Source: Alphaproteobacteria bacterium
Lineage (GTDB): Bacteria; Pseudomonadota; Alphaproteobacteria; RF32; CAG-239
Assembly: GCA_017939155.1 (NCBI GenBank)
Contig: JAGAZZ010000021.1
Coordinates: forward strand, 40,204 to 104,203
Length of the DNA stretch: 64,000 nt
Direction of reading: 5' to 3'
Positions 1 through 9,427 of the stretch are shown piece by piece. A model generated the notes under the pieces. That model saw only the letters and a program-made list of their open reading frames with translations, searched no databases and was not told the origin of the DNA. The position numbers and the translations under genes are program-made. Position 1 is the first letter of the stretch; each line of letters begins with the position of its first letter.

Positions 1-895
1 CCACCTTATCAAGGCTTTCTTCTTTAACCTGAGGTTTAACCGGAAGTTTTGCTGTTGTCCCCAAATCCTCTTCCTCATCATCTTCTTCAACAGCCGACAA
101 TTCAGGGCTGAGCGGATGAGCGTCTTTCGGCAAACGAATCATTCCATAGCCATATCCGCCGCCGTTAGCCGGACCCGACAAACCAATTGAATAATACCCG
201 CCGATATACCCATAGTCTAAATCAATATAATCAACATTAAACATCACACGGACTGTTGTTGCCCCAACGCTGGTCATATCGCACTTAAAGCCGTTGCCAT
301 TTAAAACAATATCATTATTGCCTTTAACATATAACATTGCTTTATCAGGTTTGCAAACGCTGGGCGTCTGCCCGTTATAACTTAAATTATATCCGAGCAC
401 TAAATTAAGTGCCGTGCTCCCTTTAACGCTGGACGCGTCAATAATCTTTACCCCATCAAAAAAGACATACGCCGGCGTAACGCCGATTCTCGCCGGAACC
501 GTTAAATACGGATTAACGCACACATGCGCCTGAGCATTTGCCTCGCACAAAAGCGCCGTCGCATCCAAATTATTATCCGTCAAATGTGCCAATGAATTAT
601 AAATATATTCTCTGGACATAGAAAGCTCTGCCGGAGCACATTGTTTATCCCGACAAACAATAACTGAATTTAAAGGCGGAATCCTTTTATTAAAAACCTT
701 AGCCGCAACATCAGGTTGCATAACAAACGCCTGCGATTCTTCCGCTGATAAACTTTGTTCGGAATATAAGCTTTTTTGAGCCCCGGGAGGCGTTGTCAAC
801 ATAGAGCGGTCAGCTTCAGACTCGCGGCTCGTGCATGAAGCGACACAAACAACACCGACAGCTAAACATAATTTAAAAAATATTTTATTGCGCAC
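1..895 (-). CDS. Putative lipoprotein, runs off the window edge (3' end missing)
   Basis: Manual translation from GTG at 895: MRNKIFFKLCLAVGVVCVASC-TSRES..., open to base 1. Lipobox-like VASC, several Cys, acidic/Pro-rich distal part. Absent from the ORF track because it has no stop in the window. Confidence 0.75.
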   Translation of the reverse strand, partial: MRNKIFFKLCLAVGVVCVASCTSRESEADRSMLTTPPGAQKSLYSEQSLSAEESQAFVMQPDVAAKVFNKRIPPLNSVIVCRDKQCAPAELSMSREYIYNSLAHLTDNNLDATALLCEANAQAHVCVNPYLTVPARIGVTPAYVFFDGVKIIDASSVKGSTALNLVLGYNLSYNGQTPSVCKPDKAMLYVKGNNDIVLNGNGFKCDMTSVGATTVRVMFNVDYIDLDYGYIGGYYSIGLSGPANGGGYGYGMIRLPKDAHPLSPELSAVEEDDEEEDLGTTAKLPVKPQVKEESLDKV

Positions 896-958
896 GCTAA
901 CTAACCTTTAATCAAAATTAAGTATATACTACAAAAACACTATAAGGAAAGTCCGCTA

Positions 959-1486
959 ATGGAAAGAAAATTGTCAAAAATATACACACAATATAAAAGC
1001 TTACCTCTTTTATTGTTAGCCATTGTCTGCTTTTTCCTAAAAGTCTGCAATGCCGAAGAAATAATATCATCTTCCATCAATCCGTTGAAAGTCGTAGACG
1101 GCGACAGCTTGGAAATCGGCTCCTCACGCATTCGCTTAACCGGCATTGACGCGCCCGAATATTTCCAACAATGTAAACACAAAAACAAAAAGCTCCCCTG
1201 CGGCAAACAGGCAACCGAACACTTAAAAAAGCTGACAAATAATAAAACCGTTCGCTGTGTTGTTCATCAAAAAGACCGTTACGACCGCTTTCTTTGCACT
1301 TGTTACGTTGATGAGCTTGACTTAAACGCCGAGATGATTCGCTCAGGCTTTGCCATAACCTATCTTGACAGCCCCTACGCTGCCGAACAAGCCGAAGCAA
1401 AAACAAAAAAGCGCGGAATCTGGCAGACAAAATTTATGCAGCCTCGTCTTTATCTCCGCTTAAAGGAACTGCAAAAAAGCAAATAA
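959..1486 (+). CDS. Thermonuclease (SNase-like) family protein
   Basis: Motifs VVDGDSL, IRLTGIDAPE, DRYDRFL, LNAEMIRSGFA and AKTKKRGIW; N-terminal hydrophobic segment. Confidence 0.9.
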   Translation: MERKLSKIYTQYKSLPLLLLAIVCFFLKVCNAEEIISSSINPLKVVDGDSLEIGSSRIRLTGIDAPEYFQQCKHKNKKLPCGKQATEHLKKLTNNKTVRCVVHQKDRYDRFLCTCYVDELDLNAEMIRSGFAITYLDSPYAAEQAEAKTKKRGIWQTKFMQPRLYLRLKELQKSK

Positions 1487-1582
1487 TTTAAATTTTACAT
1501 CAGATTCTTATTGACTCCTTAAAAAACTTATGTATAGTGCACAAAAAAGTTATGTTTAAATCTACAAAACAGGTGAATTAAA

Positions 1583-1882
1583 ATGTATGCAGTAATTAAA
1601 ACAGGCGGCAAGCAATATAAAGTAGCGTCCAATGACGTTATCAAAATCGAAAAAATTGCCGGTGACGCCGGAAGCGAAGTAATTTTTAACGAAGTTTTGG
1701 CTATGGACGAAACCGTTGGCACTCCTTTTGTTGCCGGCGCTAGCGTAAAAGCAACCATCGTTAAACAAGCCAAAGACGCAAAAGTTATCGTTTTCAAAAA
1801 GAAAAGAAGACAAAACTACCGTCGTAAAAACGGTCACAGACAAAACATCACACTCGTTAAAATCACCGAGTTGTGTAAATAA
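1583..1882 (+). CDS. rplU: 50S ribosomal protein L21
   Basis: [14 protein letters not shown]...GHRQ. Confidence 0.98.
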   Translation: MYAVIKTGGKQYKVASNDVIKIEKIAGDAGSEVIFNEVLAMDETVGTPFVAGASVKATIVKQAKDAKVIVFKKKRRQNYRRKNGHRQNITLVKITELCK

Positions 1883-1901
1883 TTAACTAGGAGTTTTTAA
1901 A

Positions 1902-2159
1902 ATGGCACATAAGAAATCAGGCGGTAGCTCATCAAACGGACGCGATTCTATCGGACGTCGTTTAGGTGTTAAAAAATTTGGCGGTGAATCCGTAATCTCC
2001 GGCAACATCATTATTCGTCAACGCGGAACAAAATTCCACCCCGGCGAAAATGTTGGCATGGGTAAAGACCACACCATTTTTGCAACCGCAGAAGGAAAAG
2101 TTGAGTTTAAGACAAAAGCTAATGACAGAACTTATGTTTCTGTTGTCCCTGCTGAATAA
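1902..2159 (+). CDS. rpmA: 50S ribosomal protein L27
   Basis: [16 protein letters not shown]...[10 protein letters not shown]; AGGAG SD. Confidence 0.98.
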   Translation: MAHKKSGGSSSNGRDSIGRRLGVKKFGGESVISGNIIIRQRGTKFHPGENVGMGKDHTIFATAEGKVEFKTKANDRTYVSVVPAE

Positions 2160-2178
2160 TCTTTCTCATAAAGAATAA

Positions 2179-2209
2179 AAAGGGGGTGCCAGACATCCCC
2201 TTTATTTTT
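2179..2209 (+). terminator. Intrinsic terminator after rpmA
   Basis: aaagggggtg-ccaga-catccccttt hairpin followed by a T-rich tail. Confidence 0.6.
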
Positions 2210-2243
2210 CAAAAAAATAGGATACATATTCCCATCAGGTTAA

Positions 2244-3335
<1,092 letters not shown>

Positions 3336-3350
3336 TTTTAGGAGTATAAA

Positions 3351-3695
3351 ATGAGCACGACAGACACAACATTGCTTAAGTTAATTGAAAAAACATTAGA
3401 CGACAACAAAGCAGAAAACATCGTCACCATAGACCTCAAAGGCAAAACCTCAATTGCCAACTATATGGTCATCGCCAGCGGTACATCAAACCGCCATGTT
3501 GCCGCACTTGCTGATAAGCTCAAATACACCTTAAAGCAAAACGGCTATAACACCACTTCAGAAGGTGAAGAAAATGCCAACTGGGTTCTAATCGACGCTT
3601 TTGATGTCATTGTGCACATTTTCTGTCCTGAAGTCCGCGACTTCTACAATCTTGAAAAAATGTGGAACACCGCCGCCGAACTACGCAAAAATTAA
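3351..3695 (+). CDS. rsfS: Ribosome silencing factor RsfS
   Basis: KAENI, ASGTSNRHV, WVLID, VHIF, RDFYNLEKMW. Confidence 0.96.
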   Translation: MSTTDTTLLKLIEKTLDDNKAENIVTIDLKGKTSIANYMVIASGTSNRHVAALADKLKYTLKQNGYNTTSEGEENANWVLIDAFDVIVHIFCPEVRDFYNLEKMWNTAAELRKN

Positions 3696-3784
3696 GTTTA
3701 TTATCGACAAGCTCAAAAAAAACTTGATTTATTATTTTTTAGCGTGTATCAAGAACAGCGTAATCAAAAAACGATTACACAAAT

Positions 3785-3860
3785 AGGGGTATAGCTCAGT
3801 TGGTAGAGCACCGGTCTCCAAAACCGGGTGTCGTGAGTTCGAATCTTACTGCCCCTGCCA
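3785..3860 (+). tRNA. trpT: tRNA-Trp(CCA)
   Basis: 76-nt cloverleaf AGGGGTATAGCTCAGTTGGTAGAGCACCGGTCTCCAAAACCGGGTGTCGTGAGTTCGAATCTTACTGCCCCTGCCA; anticodon CCA; encoded CCA end. Confidence 0.97.
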
Positions 3861-4211
3861 CTAAAAAAGCCACCTTCAAGGTGGTTTTTTTAATGGCATT
3901 TAGGGACAGTTGATGAGAACTCACGAAGAAGTGAGTTCGACCAGGAGGATAAGGCGGACGGAAGAACGCCGGTCAGCATAGCTGATATCCGACGCAGCGG
4001 CGAAGCAAAGTGTAGCCAATCTTACTACCCCTGCCAATAAAGAAGTCCGCTTTATGCGGGCTTTTTTGTTGGCATTTAGGGGAAGTTGATGAGAACTCAC
4101 GAAAAAGTGAGTTCGACAAGGAGGATAAGGCAGACGGAAGTATGCCGGTCAGCATAGCTGATATCCGACGCAGCGGCGTAGCAAAGCGTAGCCAATCGTC
4201 TGCCCCTGCCA
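3861..4211 (+). repeat. Two tandem ~176-bp tRNA-linked (rtT-like) repeats, each ending in a copy of the tRNA-Trp 3' end
   Basis: Units 3861-4036 and 4037-4211 are near-identical after their terminators. Each ends in aatc..ct(a/g)cccctgcca. A partial third unit lies at ~7541-7599. Confidence 0.9.
3863..3891 (+). terminator. Intrinsic terminator after tRNA-Trp
   Basis: aaaaaagccacc-ttcaa-ggtggttttttt. Confidence 0.85.
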
Positions 4212-4251
4212 CTCAAGATAAGCCGTCCGAAAGGGCGGTTTTTTCTTTATA

Positions 4252-4264
4252 AATCAATAACTTA
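4252..4264 (+). promoter_or_regulatory. IHF-binding consensus site
   Basis: AATCAATAACTTA matches WATCAANNNNTTR; identical copy at 5214-5226. Confidence 0.7.
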
Positions 4265-4480
4265 ATCGAGTCCGTGTGAGGCACTGCCATCAGAGCCATT
4301 TTTGGGTGGTTACACGGACTATCCCAGATGAAATCCTTTGTTTTACAAGCATTTAATGCGGTTTGAATCCTATCGGGTTTCGGGAAAAGTGAATTTGTCG
4401 ATTTGGGGATTTTTATAAAAGAAAAGCCCTCACAGCAATAAGTTGTGAGGGTTTGAGGATAGAATACATAAATCTGAATT

Positions 4481-5050
4481 TTAAGGTTTTTGGCTTACAC
4501 TATCGGTGTCTATACCTTTCCAATAACAGTTTACCGTGTGGGTAACATCGGTTGCAGATGTAATCCGAAGATTTTTTCCATTAAATTCAGCACATACTGG
4601 CATTCCGATAATTTCACTCAAAGATTTCATTTCTTTCACAACATCAGAAATCTCCGAACCGGAAGACGGCTCAACAATCACTTCACGGAAGCATTCACCT
4701 ATTCGGAACGGCGTGTAGAATTCTTTCATTTTTTCGATGATTAGCTTTGGCTCTATATTATCATATCCTAGAAAGTATCCTGATGTACAATGTGCTTGAA
4801 AAGAATCAAAAAGACACATGCTGTGCATAGTATTGCTGGTAAAGACCACAAACTTGTTGTTTTTACCAATCGCAATCAACTCTACATCCAAGGCGCTAAC
4901 ACCGGAGTGGTGGGCAACAGTCGCGACAATATCCGAGGTTACAAGGAAAAATGTTTCCCAATCTGAGTAATTTTCCTGAATTCTTGCGATAACAAATTGA
5001 TTGCTAAAATCAAGAGTGACATTTACATTGTTAATTTTAGTTGTTTTCAT
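4481..5050 (-). CDS. Hypothetical protein (cargo of cassette 1)
   Basis: 189-aa ORF; its C-terminal ~60 aa are similar to the 69-aa ORF at 7728..7937; hairpin terminator at ~4423-4453. Confidence 0.75.
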   Translation of the reverse strand: MKTTKINNVNVTLDFSNQFVIARIQENYSDWETFFLVTSDIVATVAHHSGVSALDVELIAIGKNNKFVVFTSNTMHSMCLFDSFQAHCTSGYFLGYDNIEPKLIIEKMKEFYTPFRIGECFREVIVEPSSGSEISDVVKEMKSLSEIIGMPVCAEFNGKNLRITSATDVTHTVNCYWKGIDTDSVSQKP

Positions 5051-5173
5051 AATTTGTAGTATTTTAATAGTTAAACATAATTGTATAATTTTTTTGTATG
5101 ATATTGTTTTTTTTTGAAAAGTAAAGGATTTATTACGGTGAATAGTCTGTGGATTGCCCTATGCGCCCTGCCA

Positions 5174-5736
5174 CTCAAGATAAAGGCGCTGGAAAGCGTC
5201 TTTTTTTATTATAAATCAATAACTTAACTGAGTCCGCGTGAGCCGTGCCAAATGAGGCTGTTTTTGGATAGTTATACGGACTAATATTTTTGAGAGTCCT
5301 TGTTTTTCAAAGTATTAAGCTGTTGGGAGAAATTTTAGCATTTGGGAATTTATAAAAGAAAACCCTTGAAACGAGATGTTTCAAGGGAAAGAAAATAAGA
5401 AATTGCGGCTTCCATGCAAATCAAGTATTCTTTTTTATGATTACCTAATATCAATCTTGCTCTTTTGATTGTCACTTCCAACAATTAAGACCTCAATACA
5501 ATTCGTCTAGAGCCTCTTTATGCTTTTTCGAAATTAATCCGACGGACTTGCCAAACCTTTTTGAGGGTGGAGTTAATGAATTGTTTGATTAACAAGAGAG
5601 ATTGGAGTAATCTATATATGTTTATATGATAATATCTTAGTAATTAATTTGTATGTATCTTTTACACCAAGACAGACTTAAAAGTCAATGTTTATTTAGA
5701 GCAACTAGTCCGAGGATTGCACTATGTGCCCTGCCA
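5174..5736. mobile_element. Putative mini integrative element (cassette 2) with decayed or non-coding cargo
   Basis: First ~200 bp homologous to 4212-4430. Ends with tagtccgaggattgcactatgtgccctgcca, like the end of cassette 1. No ORF of 60 aa or more inside. Confidence 0.55.
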
Positions 5737-5835
5737 CTAACGATGATTTATTTTTGTTCAATCGATTAAACACACTAAGAAAACAGCTTGTAAAACAAAC
5801 CTCGTAACAACACCCACAAAAAACAAAAAATTATT

Positions 5836-7374
5836 TTATTTCAGATTGTTGGCAATAGCATCCAATGAATTAAGAAAAGAATCTTGTTGAAGACTGTTAT
5901 CCTCATACATAAAATCGTCATCATCGGTGTCAATATCGTCAACTCCAATACTATCGCTCTCTAAATCGAGCTCATCAAAATCAGAATCTATTTCTGCTTT
6001 ATTTCTAATCATTTTCATTAATGCAGCGTTAAACTCCTCTTTGGTCAGGCAATCAAACCGTTGTTTAGACATTTGGATGTATCTCTCTTCTTCCATTGCA
6101 AGTTCTTCGGCAGATAGTTCTCTATTTTCTTTTTGAGCGTCTGTTTTTAACACATTTATATATTCTTCTTTACTGATGCAGTTGTCTTTATTGGCATCAT
6201 ATTCAGAAAACATTTCCGCAGAATCCGCTGAAACGAGAATTGTCTTTAGCAAATTTTCCATAAATATTTCATATTTTTGTTTGAAAGTCTGACGGTTGAC
6301 AGGTGGTTGTTCTAACGCTTCATCTAACAGTTTACGCATTATTTGAATAACAAATTTTTTTAGTTCATCTCCATTCAGTTGATTATCGTGATTAATATCA
6401 TGCTCATCAAAAAGTTCAAAAGCAAGCTGTTCTTGTTGTTCGGTTATTTCTGGAATGGCGGCAATATCTTTTTTGGTAATGATAGCGTCGTAAGGAAGTT
6501 CATCAAACATATTACCTAAATCTTCTTCCATCACGCGAAATGCCGGGGCTGTCATATTTTTCATTATTCTTTTCTTATGAGCATCAGAATTGTATGAGGG
6601 GCTTTCGCCATTTGCGATATTTTTAAACTCGGAAGACAAATCATTCAATGTATCAAACAAACCATCAACCATCTCTGTACCTGCTTTATAGTATTTATCT
6701 TCTTTTATGCCTGCAATATATTCCTCTTTGGTCAGGCAATCAGGATTTTTCTTGGAAAATGTATCAAAAGCTTCTTCATCTACCATATCTTCACGAGTCA
6801 GACAATTATCGTGGTCAAAATCCGCATCGTCATACGAAGCTTCGAGCAGAGCATCCCTTATTTTTATAGTTTGTTCACGCATATAGTTCATCATAAGAGA
6901 AGGGTCATCTTTGAATTTTTCGTCCATATCCATCATTTCAAACATCATATTAGCCTTAGCCTCAGCGGTTTCAATTGAGACTTTTAGACCTTTGAGATTG
7001 AGCAGATAATTCTCGAATTCTTCTTTAGTAAGACAATCCGGAACGTGCGCAATGGTTTTGAACAATTTGGGAGCGCTTTTTTGCAAAAAAATCGTTTGAA
7101 ATTCGCTGACAGAAAGACAATTATCTTTATTGCTGTTTGCCATGTCAAAAACAGCGGCGGCTGAGTTCTTTACTTTTTGTGTTATATCGGCACGCATTTT
7201 CTTTTTTTCTTGTTCAAATTTGGCAAGAGCTTCTTGTTGCTTTTGTTTTCTCTCTTGTTCCCATTGAACTTTCATTTTTTCAAAGTCATAATCCGGCGGA
7301 GTTGTATTTTGGCTATAGACAGTAAAGCTAAAAAAGAAGCTACATACAAAGAGAAATAAAATAGATTTTTTCAT
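5836..7374 (-). CDS. Secreted multi-EF-hand protein with acidic tail
   Basis: Signal peptide from MKKSILFL (ATG 7374); EF-hand-like loops NSNKDNCLSVSE, DFDHDNCLTRED, DINHDNQLNGDE and DANKDNCISKEE. Confidence 0.8.
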   Translation of the reverse strand: MKKSILFLFVCSFFFSFTVYSQNTTPPDYDFEKMKVQWEQERKQKQQEALAKFEQEKKKMRADITQKVKNSAAAVFDMANSNKDNCLSVSEFQTIFLQKSAPKLFKTIAHVPDCLTKEEFENYLLNLKGLKVSIETAEAKANMMFEMMDMDEKFKDDPSLMMNYMREQTIKIRDALLEASYDDADFDHDNCLTREDMVDEEAFDTFSKKNPDCLTKEEYIAGIKEDKYYKAGTEMVDGLFDTLNDLSSEFKNIANGESPSYNSDAHKKRIMKNMTAPAFRVMEEDLGNMFDELPYDAIITKKDIAAIPEITEQQEQLAFELFDEHDINHDNQLNGDELKKFVIQIMRKLLDEALEQPPVNRQTFKQKYEIFMENLLKTILVSADSAEMFSEYDANKDNCISKEEYINVLKTDAQKENRELSAEELAMEEERYIQMSKQRFDCLTKEEFNAALMKMIRNKAEIDSDFDELDLESDSIGVDDIDTDDDDFMYEDNSLQQDSFLNSLDAIANNLK

Positions 7375-7540
7375 AGTAATCCTAAAATAAATGTTATTTC
7401 CCAATTTAGGCACGACTTATTTTAAGATATGGTTAACATCAAACTATTTTTGCGAACCGAACGGATAATATAGTTTAAGGTTAGTTGTTCACGCAAAGCA
7501 CAATTAGGAGAATAAGACAAACAGCAAAGCGTCAATCAGC

Positions 7541-7599
7541 TATCCGACGCAGCGGCAGAGCCAATCTTACTGCCCCTACCATCAAAGAAGTCCGCTTTA
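7541..7599 (+). repeat. Partial tRNA-linked repeat unit with tRNA-Trp 3'-end copy
   Basis: tatccgacgcagcggc..agccaatcttactgcccctacca.caaagaagtccgcttta matches 3986-4054. Confidence 0.85.
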
Positions 7600-7600
7600 C

Positions 7601-7630
7601 TGAACTGTCCCCAAAAAGTTGAACAGTTCA
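7601..7630. repeat. ~30-bp IS3-end-like palindromic mini-element in a terminator loop
   Basis: TGAACTGTCCCCAAAAAGTTGAACAGTTCA; related copies at 10410-10441, 15724-15752 and 60554-60582. Confidence 0.55.
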
Positions 7631-7727
7631 TTTTACAGGCTCTTTGCAAATTTGAAGAATCTTATAAAAAAATCCCTCACAACATCAAATTGTAAGGGAT
7701 TTTTTAAATACGGCAACAAAGTTTTCT

Positions 7728-7937
7728 TCAAGACTGTTTGCGCCCCACTCTCTTCCAAAACTCCACCACTTTATATGCCGGAGTAGTAGATGTAATTTGA
7801 ATTGTCTTTCCTTTAAAATTGACATATACAGGCTTTCCGATAATCTCGATTAAAGATTTTATTTCTTGGACAGCATCAAAAGAACCCTCAGAAAGGTCAA
7901 TAACAATTTTACGAAGACATTTGAATTCTTTTTCCAT
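7728..7937 (-). CDS. Small hypothetical protein, paralog of the C-terminal domain of 4481..5050
   Basis: KCLRKIVIDLSEGS..EIKSLIEIIGKPV..F.GK...ITS.T aligns with ECFREVIVEPSSGS..EMKSLSEIIGMPV..F.GK...ITS.T. Confidence 0.75.
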   Translation of the reverse strand: MEKEFKCLRKIVIDLSEGSFDAVQEIKSLIEIIGKPVYVNFKGKTIQITSTTPAYKVVEFWKRVGRKQS

Positions 7938-7959
7938 AATAATTATTTTTTTATTACAC

Positions 7960-8817
7960 CTACGCTTTTACATTATTCAAAATATAAAGGCGCATTAACC
8001 TTTTTGCATACGGAAGCACTAACATTTTAAGAAGCGTTTTGGGATAAATCTTTACCTTCGATAAAATAAGCACTTCCAACAATTCCTTTGTGTGCGGCAA
8101 TTTAAACAGCTTTAGTTGCCCCGCTTTAGACAGCCCATGTTTTGAGATATACTTTTTCAACTCATCTTTGGTTAATGGCATCTCAAGCAATTTCAGCTCT
8201 GGCTCCTCAGAAATCCCATAGCGAACAGCATATTCAAACACAAACTCTTTTGCGTATGGCTGCTCAAACATCTTGAGTTCAACAACATAAGCAAAACGCC
8301 TGTACTCGATATACCTTTTCACCATCTCACAAGCATTAGGCAACTCAAACAGCTTAAGTTGCGCCTCTATGCAAAAATTTCGTTCACACAGATACCAAGT
8401 CATCACTTGCAACGCATTCGGCAATTCAAGCATTTTAAGCTGAACAGCCTCACTACAGACCCATTCTGAAAAATAAAAATCATGCAACTCACTAAAATCA
8501 GGAAGCGACAACAATTTCAACACAGCCTCATCACAAAGAGGATGTTCTGAAATATAAACCCTCACCAATTGCTCTGCATTAGACAACATAAAGAAAGTCA
8601 GTTGCAACTTTTCTGAGAATGTGACTTCCTTTAGCAAGGACTTTGCATAGGGCTGCTCAAGCAGTTTAATCTTAGCTCGGTCACAAAGTTCCCAACAAGA
8701 TAAATAAACACGCAACAACTCTTTTGCATCCGGCAAATCAAACAAACGCATTTGGTCTTCTTCATCTAAAGATGTTCCACACCGAACACGCGACCTAAGA
8801 ATAAATTTTTCAAACAT
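7960..8817 (-). CDS. Helical tandem-repeat protein (~27-aa repeats)
   Basis: About 10 repeats of (Q/E)LKL(F/L)ELPxAxELxxxY. Confidence 0.8.
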   Translation of the reverse strand: MFEKFILRSRVRCGTSLDEEDQMRLFDLPDAKELLRVYLSCWELCDRAKIKLLEQPYAKSLLKEVTFSEKLQLTFFMLSNAEQLVRVYISEHPLCDEAVLKLLSLPDFSELHDFYFSEWVCSEAVQLKMLELPNALQVMTWYLCERNFCIEAQLKLFELPNACEMVKRYIEYRRFAYVVELKMFEQPYAKEFVFEYAVRYGISEEPELKLLEMPLTKDELKKYISKHGLSKAGQLKLFKLPHTKELLEVLILSKVKIYPKTLLKMLVLPYAKRLMRLYILNNVKA

Positions 8818-8896
8818 AATAACAAAGATTTAAATTAATAATACATTTTCAATCTTTGCATATCATAAAATTAAGCTTATTGCAATAACTTTTTTT

Positions 8897-9427
8897 CTAA
8901 GATATTTTTGTGATATATTGCGGTAAAATAACCCCTCCTTTGATAACAACCAAGTAATACGGCACAACCGAAAAACGCAATCCTAATTTTTCATCACAAA
9001 CCGACCAGTCCACGGGAGTTGTATCAATATCATAAATCGAAGCCAATTTAACCAACCGCTCATCAACATCTTGCGGTAAATTTTTATCCAAATCTGGACG
9101 GATTGCAGGGCTAACATAAACAGCGTCAATCCACCCGTCTTTCTCCAAAGCCTCCAAATCAATTGAAAATAAATCCGCATTCTCAATAAACGGCTTAAAC
9201 ATATTAACACTTTTATCTGTCCATTGTATCGGCTCAGAAAATCCGCGTATGGCGCGGCTCCTCCCCTCAAAACACCTCTCAAACCACCTGACCACCCCTT
9301 CGTGTGTCGTTTCACCACCGCTACGCTTGTAATAATAGCGTAAATCCGCCTTAGGATTTTTAGCAAATGATAAAATCCCCTCGCTTAACGCATTATTGCC
9401 CTTTTCAATATAATGATACAATTTCAT
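8897..9427 (-). CDS. Hypothetical protein
   Basis: 176-aa ORF with GGAG SD; N-terminus LYHY...GILS. Confidence 0.75.
   Translation of the reverse strand: MKLYHYIEKGNNALSEGILSFAKNPKADLRYYYKRSGGETTHEGVVRWFERCFEGRSRAIRGFSEPIQWTDKSVNMFKPFIENADLFSIDLEALEKDGWIDAVYVSPAIRPDLDKNLPQDVDERLVKLASIYDIDTTPVDWSVCDEKLGLRFSVVPYYLVVIKGGVILPQYITKIS

Larger units (their letters stand above)
4212..5173. mobile_element. Putative integrase-less mini integrative element (cassette 1) at the tRNA-Trp 3'-end core
   Basis: Bounded by ccctgcca cores. The proximal arm has a terminator, an IHF consensus (4252-4264) and a 9-bp inverted repeat. It carries one gene with its own terminator and a putative promoter. Confidence 0.6.

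Noticed and set aside
959-1486. Nuclease as part of a defence system
   Set aside because: Ordinary exported SNase-family gene in a housekeeping context with no partner genes.
3861-4211. CRISPR array or extra tRNA genes
   Set aside because: Units are ~176 bp with conserved bodies rather than short repeats with unique spacers; no cas genes; the units lack D and anticodon arms.
3973-4212. 79-aa minus-strand ORF
   Set aside because: Lies wholly within the tRNA-linked repeats, and its internal repetition simply mirrors the DNA repeat.
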